Assembly (NCBI GenBank): GCA_046329885.1
Contig: JAXLTU010000011.1
Location: 14,184 to 78,183, forward strand
From: Bacteroidales bacterium
GTDB lineage: Bacteria; Bacteroidota; Bacteroidia; Bacteroidales; VadinHA17
Direction: 5' to 3'
DNA: 64,000 bases
Shown here: piece after piece, positions 19,398-30,720 of the stretch
Layout: every line of letters begins with the position of its first letter
Position numbering within the stretch: the stretch's first letter is position 1
Made by a program: the position numbers and the translations under genes
Notes under the pieces: model-generated
What the model was told of the DNA's origin: nothing
Seen by the model: the letters and a program-made list of their open reading frames with translations, nothing else
The model's database searches: none

Positions 19398-21788
19398 CTA
19401 TTTCCTGGTTATCACGTCTACTGATGAAAGGGGTCTGAGTACATCGTGTACTTTCCCGAAGACAACTTCATCCTTTATTTTTAGCATGGCTGTCTCCCTG
19501 GCTTCTACTGATGAGGAGGAAAATGCCAGGGTATAATTTCCGGCATCGGTAACCCACGACATCCGGTCAGTATCGAACCAAGCCAGATCGGCAAGTGTGA
19601 ACGAGAGTGTTACTGTTTCCGACTGGCCTGGAGCAAGTACACCTGTTTTCGCGAAGGCTATCAGTTCATTGGCAGGTTGGCCGGCACTGTTCCCCGGAGA
19701 AGTGGCGTACAATTCAACTACCTCACTGCCTGCAACCTGGCCATTGTTGGTTATATCGATAATGGCGGAGAAATTCCCATCAACCTCTTTTATTTCCGGT
19801 TTTCCATAACCGAAAGTCGTGTATGATAAACCATAACCGAATGGGTAAGACACCTTCACGTTAAAAGTATTATAGTATCTATACCCGACATAAATATCCT
19901 CATGATAGTTCGTGAAGTCGATATCCTTAACCTTGTCTTCTGCTTTCTTTTCCTTCTCCAGCCCCAGGAACTTTTTAAGATAGCTGGTTTTGTATTCCGT
20001 CATCGGGAAATTGGAAGAAGAAGGATCATCAGCCAGCGCCAGGGGCAGTGTCATTGGCAGCCGTCCGCTCGGGTTGTAAGCTCCTTTCAGCACGTCAGCG
20101 ATGGCGTTTCCCCCTTCCTGACCTGCCTGCCACGCGATGAGTATGGCATCAGGTTTGGTTTTCCAGCTTGCTGTTTCTATTATACCACCTATGTTCAGCA
20201 CCACAACGACCTTCTTGCCTGATGAATGGAAAGAGTTACATACCGATTCAATCATTTTTTGCTCGGTGTCGGTCAGCAGGAAATCATCCTTTTCAAGCCT
20301 GTCCTTACCTTCACCCTGGTTACGGCCTATCGTTATTACGGCCAGATCTGCCACGGAAGCCGAAGCCTTTATTTCATCTTCACCAGGCATAAGTTCAGGA
20401 ATACGCGACGTGTTGAGGATTGCCATCAGTGGGTTCTTGGGCTTCTTCATCTTTTTGGCATTGTCAGCAAAGTATTTGTCATACACCTGTTTGATGCCCT
20501 TGTTAACTACAAATCCGGCATTTTCAAGTCCCTCGCTTGGTGACACCTCGTAGAGCCTGTTAACGAATCCTGAACCGCCTCCGCCAACAACTATATCATA
20601 TGAAGCTGTTCCGAACAAGGCAATATTTTTTATGGTACTATCAATTGGAAGAGCAGCTTTGTTCTCGAGCAGTACCATCCCGGCAGCAGCAGCTTCCCTG
20701 GCAATCATTGCATGAGCTTTCAGATCTGGTTTGTCAGAATTGGCATAGGTCCTGAAAGTGGCAGACCTCGTTATCAGCTCCAGAATTCGTTTGACTGAAG
20801 TGTCGACATCTTTCATAGACAAGGTGCCGTTATTTATTGCTTTGAGAATTTCCTTCCTCTGTTTTTTCCTTCCGGGTTCCTGCAAATCGTTTCCAGCAGC
20901 AACCTGTTTCACTGCATCTTTACCCCCGTACCAGTCTGTCATAACAGTGCCTTTAAATCCCCACTCATCTCTCAAAATATCGGTGAGTAATCCCCTGCTG
21001 TGGGCGGTGAATTCCCCATTTATCTGATTATATGACGACATTACTGTCCATGGTTTTGCCTCTTTAACGGCAATCTCGAACCCTCTCAGGTAGATCTCCC
21101 TGATAGCTCTCTGGCTCACCCGTGCGTCATTAAAATCGCGGTTGGTTTCCTGGTTATTGAAAGCGAAATGTTTGACAGAAGTGCCCACCCCGTTCGATTG
21201 AATGCCACCGATCATCGCTGAGGCTATTTTCCCCGTCAGGAGAGGATCTTCAGAATAATACTCGAAATTTCTTCCACATAGAGGGTTACGCATTATATTC
21301 ATGCCAGGGGCAAGGATAATATCTATCCCGTACTCGAGAACTTCATTGCCAATTGCCTTGCCAACTCTCCTGACTACAGAGGTATCCCAGCTGGATGAGA
21401 GTAGGGTTCCGGTAGGGAATGCGGTCGCGTAATACGTTGACGTGTCTCTTTTTCTGGTTGGGTTAATCCTCACCCCGGCAGGCCCGTCTGACAGTACTAT
21501 GAAAGGTATGCCGAGCCTGGGTATGGCGTTCGTTGTTCCGGCGGCGCCGTTTACTCCCTGTTGTGTGCTTCCCACGACCGGATGAGCGCTTCCTATCATC
21601 GACCTCATGCCTGAACCCACGAGCATATCCGCCTTTTCCTCTACAGTCATGGCAGCCACGACCTCATCAATGTTTTCCTTCGTAAGCTGCGGTCCGGTTG
21701 GCAGTTTTGGTCCCGGCGATTTAACTATAAATATCAGAATCACAGCTATGACCACGATAATCAGCCTGAGAATAAGTCTTCTGTTCAT
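19398..21788 (-). CDS. glycoside hydrolase family 3 beta-glucosidase (BglX-like) with C-terminal Fn3-like domain
   Basis: SDGPAGVR, KHFAFNNQETNR and VMTDWYGG (nucleophile region). 796 aa with a signal anchor. Confidence 0.9.
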   Translation of the reverse strand: MNRRLILRLIIVVIAVILIFIVKSPGPKLPTGPQLTKENIDEVVAAMTVEEKADMLVGSGMRSMIGSAHPVVGSTQQGVNGAAGTTNAIPRLGIPFIVLSDGPAGVRINPTRKRDTSTYYATAFPTGTLLSSSWDTSVVRRVGKAIGNEVLEYGIDIILAPGMNIMRNPLCGRNFEYYSEDPLLTGKIASAMIGGIQSNGVGTSVKHFAFNNQETNRDFNDARVSQRAIREIYLRGFEIAVKEAKPWTVMSSYNQINGEFTAHSRGLLTDILRDEWGFKGTVMTDWYGGKDAVKQVAAGNDLQEPGRKKQRKEILKAINNGTLSMKDVDTSVKRILELITRSATFRTYANSDKPDLKAHAMIAREAAAAGMVLLENKAALPIDSTIKNIALFGTASYDIVVGGGGSGFVNRLYEVSPSEGLENAGFVVNKGIKQVYDKYFADNAKKMKKPKNPLMAILNTSRIPELMPGEDEIKASASVADLAVITIGRNQGEGKDRLEKDDFLLTDTEQKMIESVCNSFHSSGKKVVVVLNIGGIIETASWKTKPDAILIAWQAGQEGGNAIADVLKGAYNPSGRLPMTLPLALADDPSSSNFPMTEYKTSYLKKFLGLEKEKKAEDKVKDIDFTNYHEDIYVGYRYYNTFNVKVSYPFGYGLSYTTFGYGKPEIKEVDGNFSAIIDITNNGQVAGSEVVELYATSPGNSAGQPANELIAFAKTGVLAPGQSETVTLSFTLADLAWFDTDRMSWVTDAGNYTLAFSSSSVEARETAMLKIKDEVVFGKVHDVLRPLSSVDVITRK

Positions 21789-21957
21789 ATGTTTAATTTT
21801 GCTTTCAGATCATGTATTTATAAGTTCAAATGTATTAAAACAGGAAATACACTGTCCTGTCCGGGTAATTTAATTGTCTTTAAAAGTTAACCATCTGTTG
21901 ACTTTTGTTGTTTAAGTATGAAACAATATGATTTACTTTGCTTGATTTTTGAAAAGG

Positions 21958-23706
21958 ATGACAAGAGAGGGAAATAACCCGGAGACAGTTAAGGCAAAAA
22001 AACAAGGTTTATTCAGTGTTTTAGTTCCCTACAGGGGAATCGTTCTTGTCCTGATAGTGATGGCTCTTGGAGGCAGCACGATCAACCTTTTAATTCCCAG
22101 GATAATCCAGAAGACAATTGATTCATTTTCTGCCGGTAGTTTCAGCCCTTCCCGGGTGATAACCGAATTCGTTATTGCTTCTTTTGGCATATTCTTCTTC
22201 ACCTTTCTCCAGGGTGTCGTGCAGACAATTACCGGAGAGAGGGTCGCCAGGGATCTTCGTGACAAGCTTGCCGGTAAAATTTCACTGCAAAGTCATTCTT
22301 ATATACTCCGGGCCAATCCATCGAAGTTGCTGACTAACCTCACATCCGACATGGATTCAGTCAAGATGTTCGTTTCACAGGCTTTCGTGACAATTATTTC
22401 ATCGTTGTTTGTTATTGCCGGCACGGCAGTGCTTCTTCTGACACTCAACTGGAAGCTTGCCCTGGCCGTTCTCCTTATAGTACCCATAATAGGTGTATCA
22501 TTTTTCATTGTCATAATGAAGGTGAAGGTGCTTTTCAAAAAGAGCCGGGAGGTTATAGATGGTTTGAACAGGATAATAAACGAGAGTATTCTCGGTTCAG
22601 CCCTGATCAGGGTGCTTAATTCACAACAACCCGAGAGTATTAAGTTTCTCGAGAAGAACGTGGAATCGCGGGATCTTGGGTTAGCAATAGTCAGGCTATT
22701 CTCGGTACTCGTGCCGATAATCATGTTTGTTGCCAACCTGGCGATAGTGACAATACTTGCCCTCGGGGGTCATTATGTGGTGATGGGCACGATGACACTT
22801 GGCAGTTTCGCGGCCTTTAACAGTTACCTGGTGATGCTCATTTTCCCGGTAATGATGATTGGCTTCATGAGTAATATTATTGCTTCTGCCACAGCCTCTT
22901 ATAACAGGATAAGCCAGGTTCTCACTGAACCAGTTGAAGAGGAACCGGGTACAATAGCGACTCCGATTAAGGGCAATATATCGGTTAGAAATCTGAATTT
23001 ATCATACGGTGAGAAACCTGTACTCAGGGATATTTCATTCGATATAAAAGCAGGAAGCAGAACAGCGATTATAGGTCCAACTGCTGCTGGAAAGACCCAG
23101 CTACTCTATCTCCTTACAAACCTTATCAAACCAGCCTCCGGTACTATAGAAGCTGAAGGCTTACCGATTGACAGGTATTCACGCGAGATATTCCATAAGC
23201 AGGTAGGAATCGTGTTTCAGGACAGTGTTATCTTTAACCTCACCCTGCGTGAAAATATTGCCTTTCACGAGAGCGTCTCCGAGGAAGACCTCTGGAAGGC
23301 GATAGAGACCGCCGAACTGGCTGACTATATCGCCGCGCTGCCTGACAAACTTGAGACTCTGATCTCCGAGAGAGGATCAAACCTGTCGGGGGGCCAGAAA
23401 CAAAGGATAATGCTTGCAAGGGCTCTTTCTCTCAATCCTTCGGTTTTGTTGTTGGATGATTTCACTTCAAGGGTTGACAAAAACACTGAGAACAGGATAC
23501 TTTGCAACATACTTAATAACTACCCCGGATTAACTCTTGTGTCAGTTACCCAGAAGATCGCCCCGGTTCGCCATTTCGATCAGATAATCCTATTAATGGA
23601 AGGAGAGATAATTGCTTCAGGCAAGCATAATGATCTCAAAGAGAACTCTCCCGAGTACCTGCAGATTTACAGTTCACAAAAAAGCACTCAGCATTATGAA
23701 TTATAA
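21958..23706 (+). CDS. ABC transporter permease/ATP-binding protein (exporter half-transporter 1)
   Basis: N-terminal 6-TM domain, Walker A GPTAAGKTQ, signature LSGGQKQR and Walker B LLLDD. ATG at 21958 is preferred to TTG at 21949. Confidence 0.9.
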   Translation: MTREGNNPETVKAKKQGLFSVLVPYRGIVLVLIVMALGGSTINLLIPRIIQKTIDSFSAGSFSPSRVITEFVIASFGIFFFTFLQGVVQTITGERVARDLRDKLAGKISLQSHSYILRANPSKLLTNLTSDMDSVKMFVSQAFVTIISSLFVIAGTAVLLLTLNWKLALAVLLIVPIIGVSFFIVIMKVKVLFKKSREVIDGLNRIINESILGSALIRVLNSQQPESIKFLEKNVESRDLGLAIVRLFSVLVPIIMFVANLAIVTILALGGHYVVMGTMTLGSFAAFNSYLVMLIFPVMMIGFMSNIIASATASYNRISQVLTEPVEEEPGTIATPIKGNISVRNLNLSYGEKPVLRDISFDIKAGSRTAIIGPTAAGKTQLLYLLTNLIKPASGTIEAEGLPIDRYSREIFHKQVGIVFQDSVIFNLTLRENIAFHESVSEEDLWKAIETAELADYIAALPDKLETLISERGSNLSGGQKQRIMLARALSLNPSVLLLDDFTSRVDKNTENRILCNILNNYPGLTLVSVTQKIAPVRHFDQIILLMEGEIIASGKHNDLKENSPEYLQIYSSQKSTQHYEL

Positions 23707-25459
23707 TCTGGATCAGGCATCGGGGAAGGAGGGAAAGAAACTTCCTGTACTGGCATCACTCAGGAAACTTTTGACAATAATCAGTGGTGAAAGGCGGAGT
23801 CTTTCAATTGCTTTCGCGGCTATCATACTCAATGCCGGGTTGAACCTTCTCGGCCCATATCTCGTAGGTTATACCATCGACAATTATATATCGGTTAAAG
23901 ACTACCACGGGGTGCTGGTTTTTTCAGCTATACTGCTCAGTATGTATCTGATAGCTTTCGCTGTAAATTACGTCCAGATGAGAATGATGGGGGGAATTGG
24001 CCAGCGCATGCTATATAGCCTCAGGAACTCGGTTTTTTCAAAGCTCCAGGAATTACCTCTCGATTTCTTTAACCAGAACAAGGCCGGAGATCTTATTTCG
24101 AGGATAAACAATGATACCGACAAGGTAAACCAGTTCTTCTCCCAATCGCTTATGCAGTTTATCGGTAGCCTGATTAACATGGTAGGAGCAGGCATCATTC
24201 TCCTGATAATAAACCTGCCACTCAGTCTCGCCGCCCTTTCACCAGCCATTCTTTTGTGGGTTTTTACAAAATGGGTATCCCCCTGGATAAGGAAAAAGAA
24301 CGAGGCAAGTCTCAGAAGCCTGGGTAACCTTTCTGCCGAGATACAGGAGAGCCTGGCCAATTTCAGGGTAGTAATTGCATTTAATAGAAGGGACTATTTC
24401 CGCGAAAGATTCAGAAAGGCAAATAATGAAAATTACACGGAGTCGGTACATGCCGGCATAGCGAACAACGTTCTCACACCTGTTTACACTTTCGCATCCA
24501 ATATCGGGCAGCTTATCGTTCTATCGCTTGGAATATGGTTCATAATAAAAGGATACTTCACGGTTGGATTATTAATCAGTTTCATAGCTTATATTTCCAA
24601 CTTTTACAATCCTCTCAGGCAGATGGCAGCGTTATGGGCTAATTTCCAGCTCGCCCTCGCGGCCTGGGACAGGATATCATTCCTTCTATCGTTCGAGAGC
24701 AACCTCACCGTAATTGAAGATAAAGGCGTTGAGAAGAATGAGGCCTACGTGAGTTTCAGGAATGTGTCGTTTTCTTATCCTAATGGGAGGGAAGTATTAC
24801 ACAAGGTAAATTTCAATCTCCAGAGGGGGAAAACGTATGCTTTCGTGGGGCCTACCGGCGGGGGAAAGACAACTACAGCCTCCCTGCTGGCAAGGTTGTA
24901 CGATGCCTCCTTGGGGACAATTATCCTTGACGGGAAGGATATTAGATCATATACACCTTGTGAACGGGCATCGAAGATTGGATTCATCCTCCAGGAACCT
25001 ATCCTGTTTTCAGGTTCTGTCAGGGATAATATTTTATACGGTAATCCTGAATGCGCTGGTATCACGAATGAACAGCTCGAATCGGCACTCGAAGATGCCC
25101 GGCTTAGTGAACTGTTAAAAAGGTTTGACAAGGGACTTGAGACACCTTTGCAGACAACTGGCGATGGCATCAGCCTCGGGCAGAAACAGATAATAGCATT
25201 CATGCGTGCCATACTCAGGAAGCCTGAATTGCTCATACTCGACGAGGCGACGGCTAACATAGACACGGTAACAGAACAGCAGCTTGAATCGATACTTGGA
25301 AACCTGCCGGAGTCAACAACAAGAGTTATAATAGCTCACAGGCTTAATACCATTGAAAATGCCGACGAGATTTTCTTCGTCAACTCCGGCGAGATTATCG
25401 CTGCAGGATCCTTTCGCGAAGCAATCGACCTGCTGATGCAGGGGAAAGCTGATAGCTAG
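23696..25459 (+). CDS. ABC transporter permease/ATP-binding protein (exporter half-transporter 2)
   Basis: Walker A GPTGGGKTT, degenerate signature ISLGQKQ and Walker B LILDE. ATG at 23696 overlaps the upstream stop by 11 nt, which suggests a heterodimeric exporter. Confidence 0.9.
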   Translation: MNYNLDQASGKEGKKLPVLASLRKLLTIISGERRSLSIAFAAIILNAGLNLLGPYLVGYTIDNYISVKDYHGVLVFSAILLSMYLIAFAVNYVQMRMMGGIGQRMLYSLRNSVFSKLQELPLDFFNQNKAGDLISRINNDTDKVNQFFSQSLMQFIGSLINMVGAGIILLIINLPLSLAALSPAILLWVFTKWVSPWIRKKNEASLRSLGNLSAEIQESLANFRVVIAFNRRDYFRERFRKANNENYTESVHAGIANNVLTPVYTFASNIGQLIVLSLGIWFIIKGYFTVGLLISFIAYISNFYNPLRQMAALWANFQLALAAWDRISFLLSFESNLTVIEDKGVEKNEAYVSFRNVSFSYPNGREVLHKVNFNLQRGKTYAFVGPTGGGKTTTASLLARLYDASLGTIILDGKDIRSYTPCERASKIGFILQEPILFSGSVRDNILYGNPECAGITNEQLESALEDARLSELLKRFDKGLETPLQTTGDGISLGQKQIIAFMRAILRKPELLILDEATANIDTVTEQQLESILGNLPESTTRVIIAHRLNTIENADEIFFVNSGEIIAAGSFREAIDLLMQGKADS

Positions 25460-25468
25460 GTTTTCTTT

Positions 25469-26992
25469 CTAAACGTTCCTGGACATCTTTTCCTGGACAA
25501 TCTTCGTGACGTTCCGGAAATCAACCTTCCCGGTGCTCATCATAGGAATTGATTCAAGAACTATAAACTCCCTTGGCAAGGCTATTGATGGAAGCTCGGT
25601 CATCATTTTCCTCAGTATCTCTGTCTTGTGTACTTCGGCAGAGACAGCGGCAACTATGTATGAGCCCTTCTTGTCGTCAGGTATATCAACCACGCAACAG
25701 ATTACTCCCTCGGGTAAGAATTTCTCCATTATGTTCTCAACTTTAACGAGAGAGATCATTTCACCTCCTATCTTGGCAAATCTCTTGAATCGTCCGGCGT
25801 GATACAGGAATCCGTCTTCATCAATGAATCCCATGTCGCCGGTATTATACCAGCCGTCTTTCAGTACTTCATCAGTGAGAGCCTGGTCTTCATAATAGCC
25901 TTTCATCACGAGATCTCCCTTCACCATTATCTTCCCGACAACACGAGGTGGACAATCAGCTCCTGTTTCAAAGTTCTCGATCCTGACCTGGACACCAGGG
26001 ATAATCGGTCCTATACTTCCAGGTTTGTTCGCCCAGGGAGTGTTTACAGATATAACAGGAGAAGTCTCGGTGGCACCATACCCTTCGAGAAGAACTGTCC
26101 CATGCTTCTTCATATAACCTTCGCGAAGTGCATCAGGACATTTATCAGCCCCGGCAATCATGAGGCGCAGCGATTTGAAGTCGCCGGGTTCGGACTTTTG
26201 CAGGTAGCCCCAGAAAAAGCTAGGTGTTCCAACCATTATTGTGGGTTTCTCTTCCCTGGCAATAGTACTTATTGCCTGGAAGTCGAGAGGATTGGCGTAG
26301 CAAACCATTGACATGCCATAATAGAATGGCAACCAAAGATTGACAGTTAGTCCGAAAACATGGAAAAACACGAGGTTAGCGAGAAGAACATCATCTTCCT
26401 TGAGATCGATATGTTTGCCAAATGATTCGATGTTGGAAGAGATATTCTTGTGAGTAAGCTGGACTGCCTTAGGGTCTTTCTCGCTACCGCTCGTGAAAAG
26501 TATCACGCATGTATCGTTCTCTTCACCCTTGTGAATCATGCTTAGCAACATGTTTACCGGCATCTTCGACTTCAGTGCGGCTTTTATCTTGTCGAATGCT
26601 GTAACGCTTGCCATGAGATCCTCGATAAGAACCATCCCTTCAATTAACGGGCAATTGATCTTCTCGAGCAGGGCTTTAGAAGTGATTATTGTTTTAAAAT
26701 GGCATTTTTTCTGAGCGTACCTGGCGTTTGCTTCCGCGCCAGTCGAATAGTTTATCATGACAGGAATTCGACCGCTCATGAGAGCTGCCACTTTAGCGAG
26801 AGCGCAACCTGCCGACGTGGGTATCATTATACCGATAAATCCCTTGTCGTACCTGTCAAATTTTGAGGCCAGTATAAGAGCACCAATGAGTGCCCTGTCG
26901 TAGTTGACATCCCTTTTGGTTGTCTTGTCCCTGATGGCCAGTTTACCTGGATTTTTTTTGGCCATCCTTACAAATTGATGGTGTAAAAGCAT
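25469..26992 (-). CDS. AMP-binding enzyme (acyl-CoA/acyl-ACP synthetase-like)
   Basis: LFTSGSEKDPKAV, YGATETSP and TGDMGFIDEDGFLYHAGRFKRFAKIGGEMIS. Confidence 0.85.
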   Translation of the reverse strand: MLLHHQFVRMAKKNPGKLAIRDKTTKRDVNYDRALIGALILASKFDRYDKGFIGIMIPTSAGCALAKVAALMSGRIPVMINYSTGAEANARYAQKKCHFKTIITSKALLEKINCPLIEGMVLIEDLMASVTAFDKIKAALKSKMPVNMLLSMIHKGEENDTCVILFTSGSEKDPKAVQLTHKNISSNIESFGKHIDLKEDDVLLANLVFFHVFGLTVNLWLPFYYGMSMVCYANPLDFQAISTIAREEKPTIMVGTPSFFWGYLQKSEPGDFKSLRLMIAGADKCPDALREGYMKKHGTVLLEGYGATETSPVISVNTPWANKPGSIGPIIPGVQVRIENFETGADCPPRVVGKIMVKGDLVMKGYYEDQALTDEVLKDGWYNTGDMGFIDEDGFLYHAGRFKRFAKIGGEMISLVKVENIMEKFLPEGVICCVVDIPDDKKGSYIVAAVSAEVHKTEILRKMMTELPSIALPREFIVLESIPMMSTGKVDFRNVTKIVQEKMSRNV

Positions 26993-27309
26993 AGTCTGGT
27001 TTTAGTCTGGTTATTAAGAGGTTATTCTTCGCCTAATATATATGCAAATATTTACATTCAAAAATTTAAAGACGAGATTCTAATTTTAATGCCAGGGAGA
27101 ATATCTTGTAACGCGCATAATACCAGGGCTATATGGTTTAAATCTAAACTTGTATTTAGTTCGCCCTTGTTCTCGTTCGAAAAACATCATGCAAAACCTG
27201 ATTTGACATCAGGCTAATTTTCCGGAATTACGCCAGGGTTTTTTCCAGGGCTAACTCTTTCTTCCCAAACAAAGTATTACCTTCATGTCGCTTTTTGAAT
27301 TTCAGAACG

Positions 27310-29580
27310 ATGATTCGCAGAAATGTCTTTTTATTATTAGTCCTGTTTTTACTGCCACTCTGCTTATCGGCACAGAAATCGGAGGTGAGCACTGACGAGA
27401 GAGTAGTAATTGACAGGCTGGCTGGAAAAATAACATTCGACGGAATTCCTGATGAATCAACATGGAAGGCCTTAAAACCTTTCTCCCTTGTAATGTTCTC
27501 CCCGTATTTTGGTAAGGAACCCGGTGAAAAATCCGATATACGGATGGGATATGATGATGAATACCTCTATGTAGGGGCGAATTTTTATTACAAAGATGCT
27601 TCTGAAATAAGATCTGCAAGTTTCAAGCGCGACTTCATGGGTATGGGTGGGGACTGGTTAGGTATTATCCTCGATTCATATAACGACAAGGAAAACGGAC
27701 TGGCATTTTTCACGAGCCCCGATGCTTTGAGATGGGATGCTACAATCCTGAAAGATGCTGTTACATCAATGCCTGATGAAATGCCTTTTAATATTAGCTG
27801 GAACACTTTCTGGGATGTCATGACACATAGCGACTCGTCTGGCTGGACTGCAGAGGTACGTATCCCACTGTCGGGCATACGCTTCCAGGAAAAAAACGGT
27901 GAGGTGGTTATGGGACTCATACTCCAGCGCTGGATACCTGCTCGCGGTGAATGGGATGTCTGGCCGGCAATTCCTCCACAATGGGGTCAGATGTCGACAT
28001 GGAAGCCATCGCAGGCTCACGAAGTTGTGTTCAGGGGTCTTAAAGGGGATAAACCACTTTACATTGCTCCATACATGCTGGGAGGGTGGTCGAGAAATTA
28101 TGAGCTTAACGAGACAGAAACTGCCTGGAAGGGAGCTGACAAACCTGTCGTTGAAGCGGGCCTGGATGTCAAATTCGGGCTGGCGGATAATCTTGTTGCT
28201 GATGTCACTCTCAATACCGATTTTGCCCAGGTTGAAGCAGATGACCAACAGTTTAACCTGACCAGGTTCTCGCTCTATTTTCCCGAGAAAAGGATGTTTT
28301 TTCTCGAACGCTCGAGTATTTTCGACTTTGCCCTGGGTGGTACAAACAACCTTTTCTACAGCAGGAGAATAGGATTGAGCGACGATGGCGACCCGGTAAG
28401 GATATACGGGGGAGCGAGGCTGACAGGCAGAGCCGGTAAATGGGACCTCGGCTTCCTAGATATGCAGACCGCCCCGCTCTGGGAAAAACAGTCTGATGGA
28501 TCTCATAATCAGATATTACCGTCAGAGAATTTCGGGGTGCTAAGGTTACGCAAGCAGGTTATAAATGAAAACTCGTACATCGGGACAATGCTGACTAGCC
28601 GCCTGGGAGTCGATGGATCATATAACATGGCTTACGGACTTGATGGAATCTTCAAATTATTTGGAGAGGATTACATGGATATCAAATGGAGCCAGACTTT
28701 CGAGGACAGCGTAAAAATAAACAGCTTTCTTAAACCTTCACGGATACTGCTGCGTTGGGAAAGACGATCACAGACAGGGCTTGGCTATAATCTGGGTTAT
28801 TCATATTCAGGTACCGCGTTCAACCCGGGAATAGGTTTCGAAATGATTAATGATTATGTAGCCCTGAGGGGAGAACTCAGGTATGGATGGCTGCCTGGCG
28901 AGGATTCAAAAGTTTACAGGCACACCCCGGATCTCATGTTCGCCTGGATGAGGTACGTGGATACCGGGGAATTAATGACCTTTAGTAATACCCTTACCTG
29001 GACCACCACCTCGAAGATACAGTCAGAGTTAGCATTTTCAGTACAGTATAATCTTGAAAACCTGAGAGATTCACTTGTTATTTCTGAAAACAACACGGAT
29101 GTTCCCCCGGGAAAATATGAATATGTTGATGCCAGGTTGATGTATAACACTCCAATGTCTGAACCATTATGGTCAATCTTCATAATACAGACTGGTAAAT
29201 TCTTCGATGGGAGCAGATTCTCTTTCAGGGCTCAGCCAACATGGAACCTGAATAAGCACTACGAACTTGGATTGACATATAATTTCGACAGGGTCGTTTT
29301 CAATGGAAGGCACCAGGAGATGAACAATCATATATTCGGGTTCAAGGGAGCCTACATGTTGAATACCAAGCTGTCAATCAACGGGTTCATCCAGTATAAT
29401 ACCGATATCAGGGAAGTATACTCGAACCTGAGGTTACGGTATAACCCTAAGGAGGGAAATGATTTTTACCTTGTATATAACGAGGGAAGGAATACTGAGC
29501 TCACGCGCGAGACCCCTCGTCTTCCCCATTTTACAGGACGATCGCTTATGGTGAAATACACGTATACCTTCAGCCTTTAA
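27310..29580 (+). CDS. DUF5916 / CBM9-like protein (paralog of 12820-15483)
   Basis: Signal peptide, then ITFDGIPDESTW...LYVGANFYYKD. The segment NTDFAQVEADDQQFNLTRF...FFLERSSIF parallels NPDFGQVESDPSVMNLTAFE...FFLEGLTIF in the paralog. It ends KYTYTFSL. Confidence 0.7.
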   Translation: MIRRNVFLLLVLFLLPLCLSAQKSEVSTDERVVIDRLAGKITFDGIPDESTWKALKPFSLVMFSPYFGKEPGEKSDIRMGYDDEYLYVGANFYYKDASEIRSASFKRDFMGMGGDWLGIILDSYNDKENGLAFFTSPDALRWDATILKDAVTSMPDEMPFNISWNTFWDVMTHSDSSGWTAEVRIPLSGIRFQEKNGEVVMGLILQRWIPARGEWDVWPAIPPQWGQMSTWKPSQAHEVVFRGLKGDKPLYIAPYMLGGWSRNYELNETETAWKGADKPVVEAGLDVKFGLADNLVADVTLNTDFAQVEADDQQFNLTRFSLYFPEKRMFFLERSSIFDFALGGTNNLFYSRRIGLSDDGDPVRIYGGARLTGRAGKWDLGFLDMQTAPLWEKQSDGSHNQILPSENFGVLRLRKQVINENSYIGTMLTSRLGVDGSYNMAYGLDGIFKLFGEDYMDIKWSQTFEDSVKINSFLKPSRILLRWERRSQTGLGYNLGYSYSGTAFNPGIGFEMINDYVALRGELRYGWLPGEDSKVYRHTPDLMFAWMRYVDTGELMTFSNTLTWTTTSKIQSELAFSVQYNLENLRDSLVISENNTDVPPGKYEYVDARLMYNTPMSEPLWSIFIIQTGKFFDGSRFSFRAQPTWNLNKHYELGLTYNFDRVVFNGRHQEMNNHIFGFKGAYMLNTKLSINGFIQYNTDIREVYSNLRLRYNPKEGNDFYLVYNEGRNTELTRETPRLPHFTGRSLMVKYTYTFSL

Positions 29581-29687
29581 TTTTCCACATACATAATGGT
29601 TCGCTTCTGATTTCGAATTTCTTATATCATTTTGTTCAATTACGGCATTGTCTTTGTAACTGCCTGATGTAAAATAATACTTGTAAA

Positions 29688-30506
29688 ATGAAAACATACC
29701 TTAAAATGACTCACGCTAAATATGCCTTGATGGTACTTGTATTGCTCGTGTCGATGTCGTGCGGGAAAAGCAGGTCAGAGGCAAAATATATTGCTCCGAT
29801 TCTTGCCGATGAAGTCGTTGCTGACCGGAATGCAGAACCGGCTCCCCCTGCCCCTAATGAAAATTTCGAGAGGAAATTGATAAAAAGAGGGGATATAAGA
29901 TTCCAGACGAAAAGCATTGCTGAAACTTCAATTATTATTAAATCAGCTGTATCAGGTTTTAATGGATATATATCTTCAGAAAATGTTTATAATTCTGACG
30001 ACATGATTACCCAGCACGTTGAAATTAGAGTTCCAGCGGCAAGCTTCGATGCCCTTCTGGCAAAGATTTCAGAAAGCGCGAAACGAATAGACTCTAAAAG
30101 TATTCAAGTACAGGATGTTACCGAGGAATACATAGATGTTGAAAGCAGGCTAAAGACGAAAAAAGAGCTTGAGAACAGGTACAGGGAAATACTTACGAAA
30201 GCAAGAACAGTGGAGGAAATTTTGTCGATTGAACGTGAACTGGGTAATGTAAGGTCCGACATTGAGGCGACGGAAGGGAGACTCAAATATCTTGGCAGCC
30301 AGGTTAGCTTCAGCAGCCTTTCGGTCGATTATTACGAACTCACGCGTACCACTGGTAGTTTCTCATCAAAAATCGGAATGGCATTTACCACGGGGTGGAA
30401 ACTCATGCTTGGTTTTATTGTCGGGATCGTTAATTTATGGCCCTTCCTTTTGATAGTAGCCAGTGTATTATATATCGTTATTCGCTTCAGCAGGAAAAAG
30501 TCATGA
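29688..30506 (+). CDS. DUF4349 domain lipoprotein
   Basis: Lipobox LVSMSCG, a coiled segment (DVTEEYIDVESRLKTKKELENRYREIL) and a C-terminal TM helix. Confidence 0.7.
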   Translation: MKTYLKMTHAKYALMVLVLLVSMSCGKSRSEAKYIAPILADEVVADRNAEPAPPAPNENFERKLIKRGDIRFQTKSIAETSIIIKSAVSGFNGYISSENVYNSDDMITQHVEIRVPAASFDALLAKISESAKRIDSKSIQVQDVTEEYIDVESRLKTKKELENRYREILTKARTVEEILSIERELGNVRSDIEATEGRLKYLGSQVSFSSLSVDYYELTRTTGSFSSKIGMAFTTGWKLMLGFIVGIVNLWPFLLIVASVLYIVIRFSRKKS

Positions 30507-30720
30507 CCTTGTCCCCCGGGAGAATGCAAATAGGTTCTGTTTAAAGTTGGTTTAAGGTTTCGATTGGTACATTGTGAAAGGGATATAGCATGGGTATAGT
30601 TTCAAATTCATAAGGAATTATAAAATCAATGAGTAGTTTTAGGTTTTATTTAGACGTAGATATAAATCAATTCACCAGTCAAATTACAACATCGACTTAA
30701 CATAAAACAAATTAAACGCG

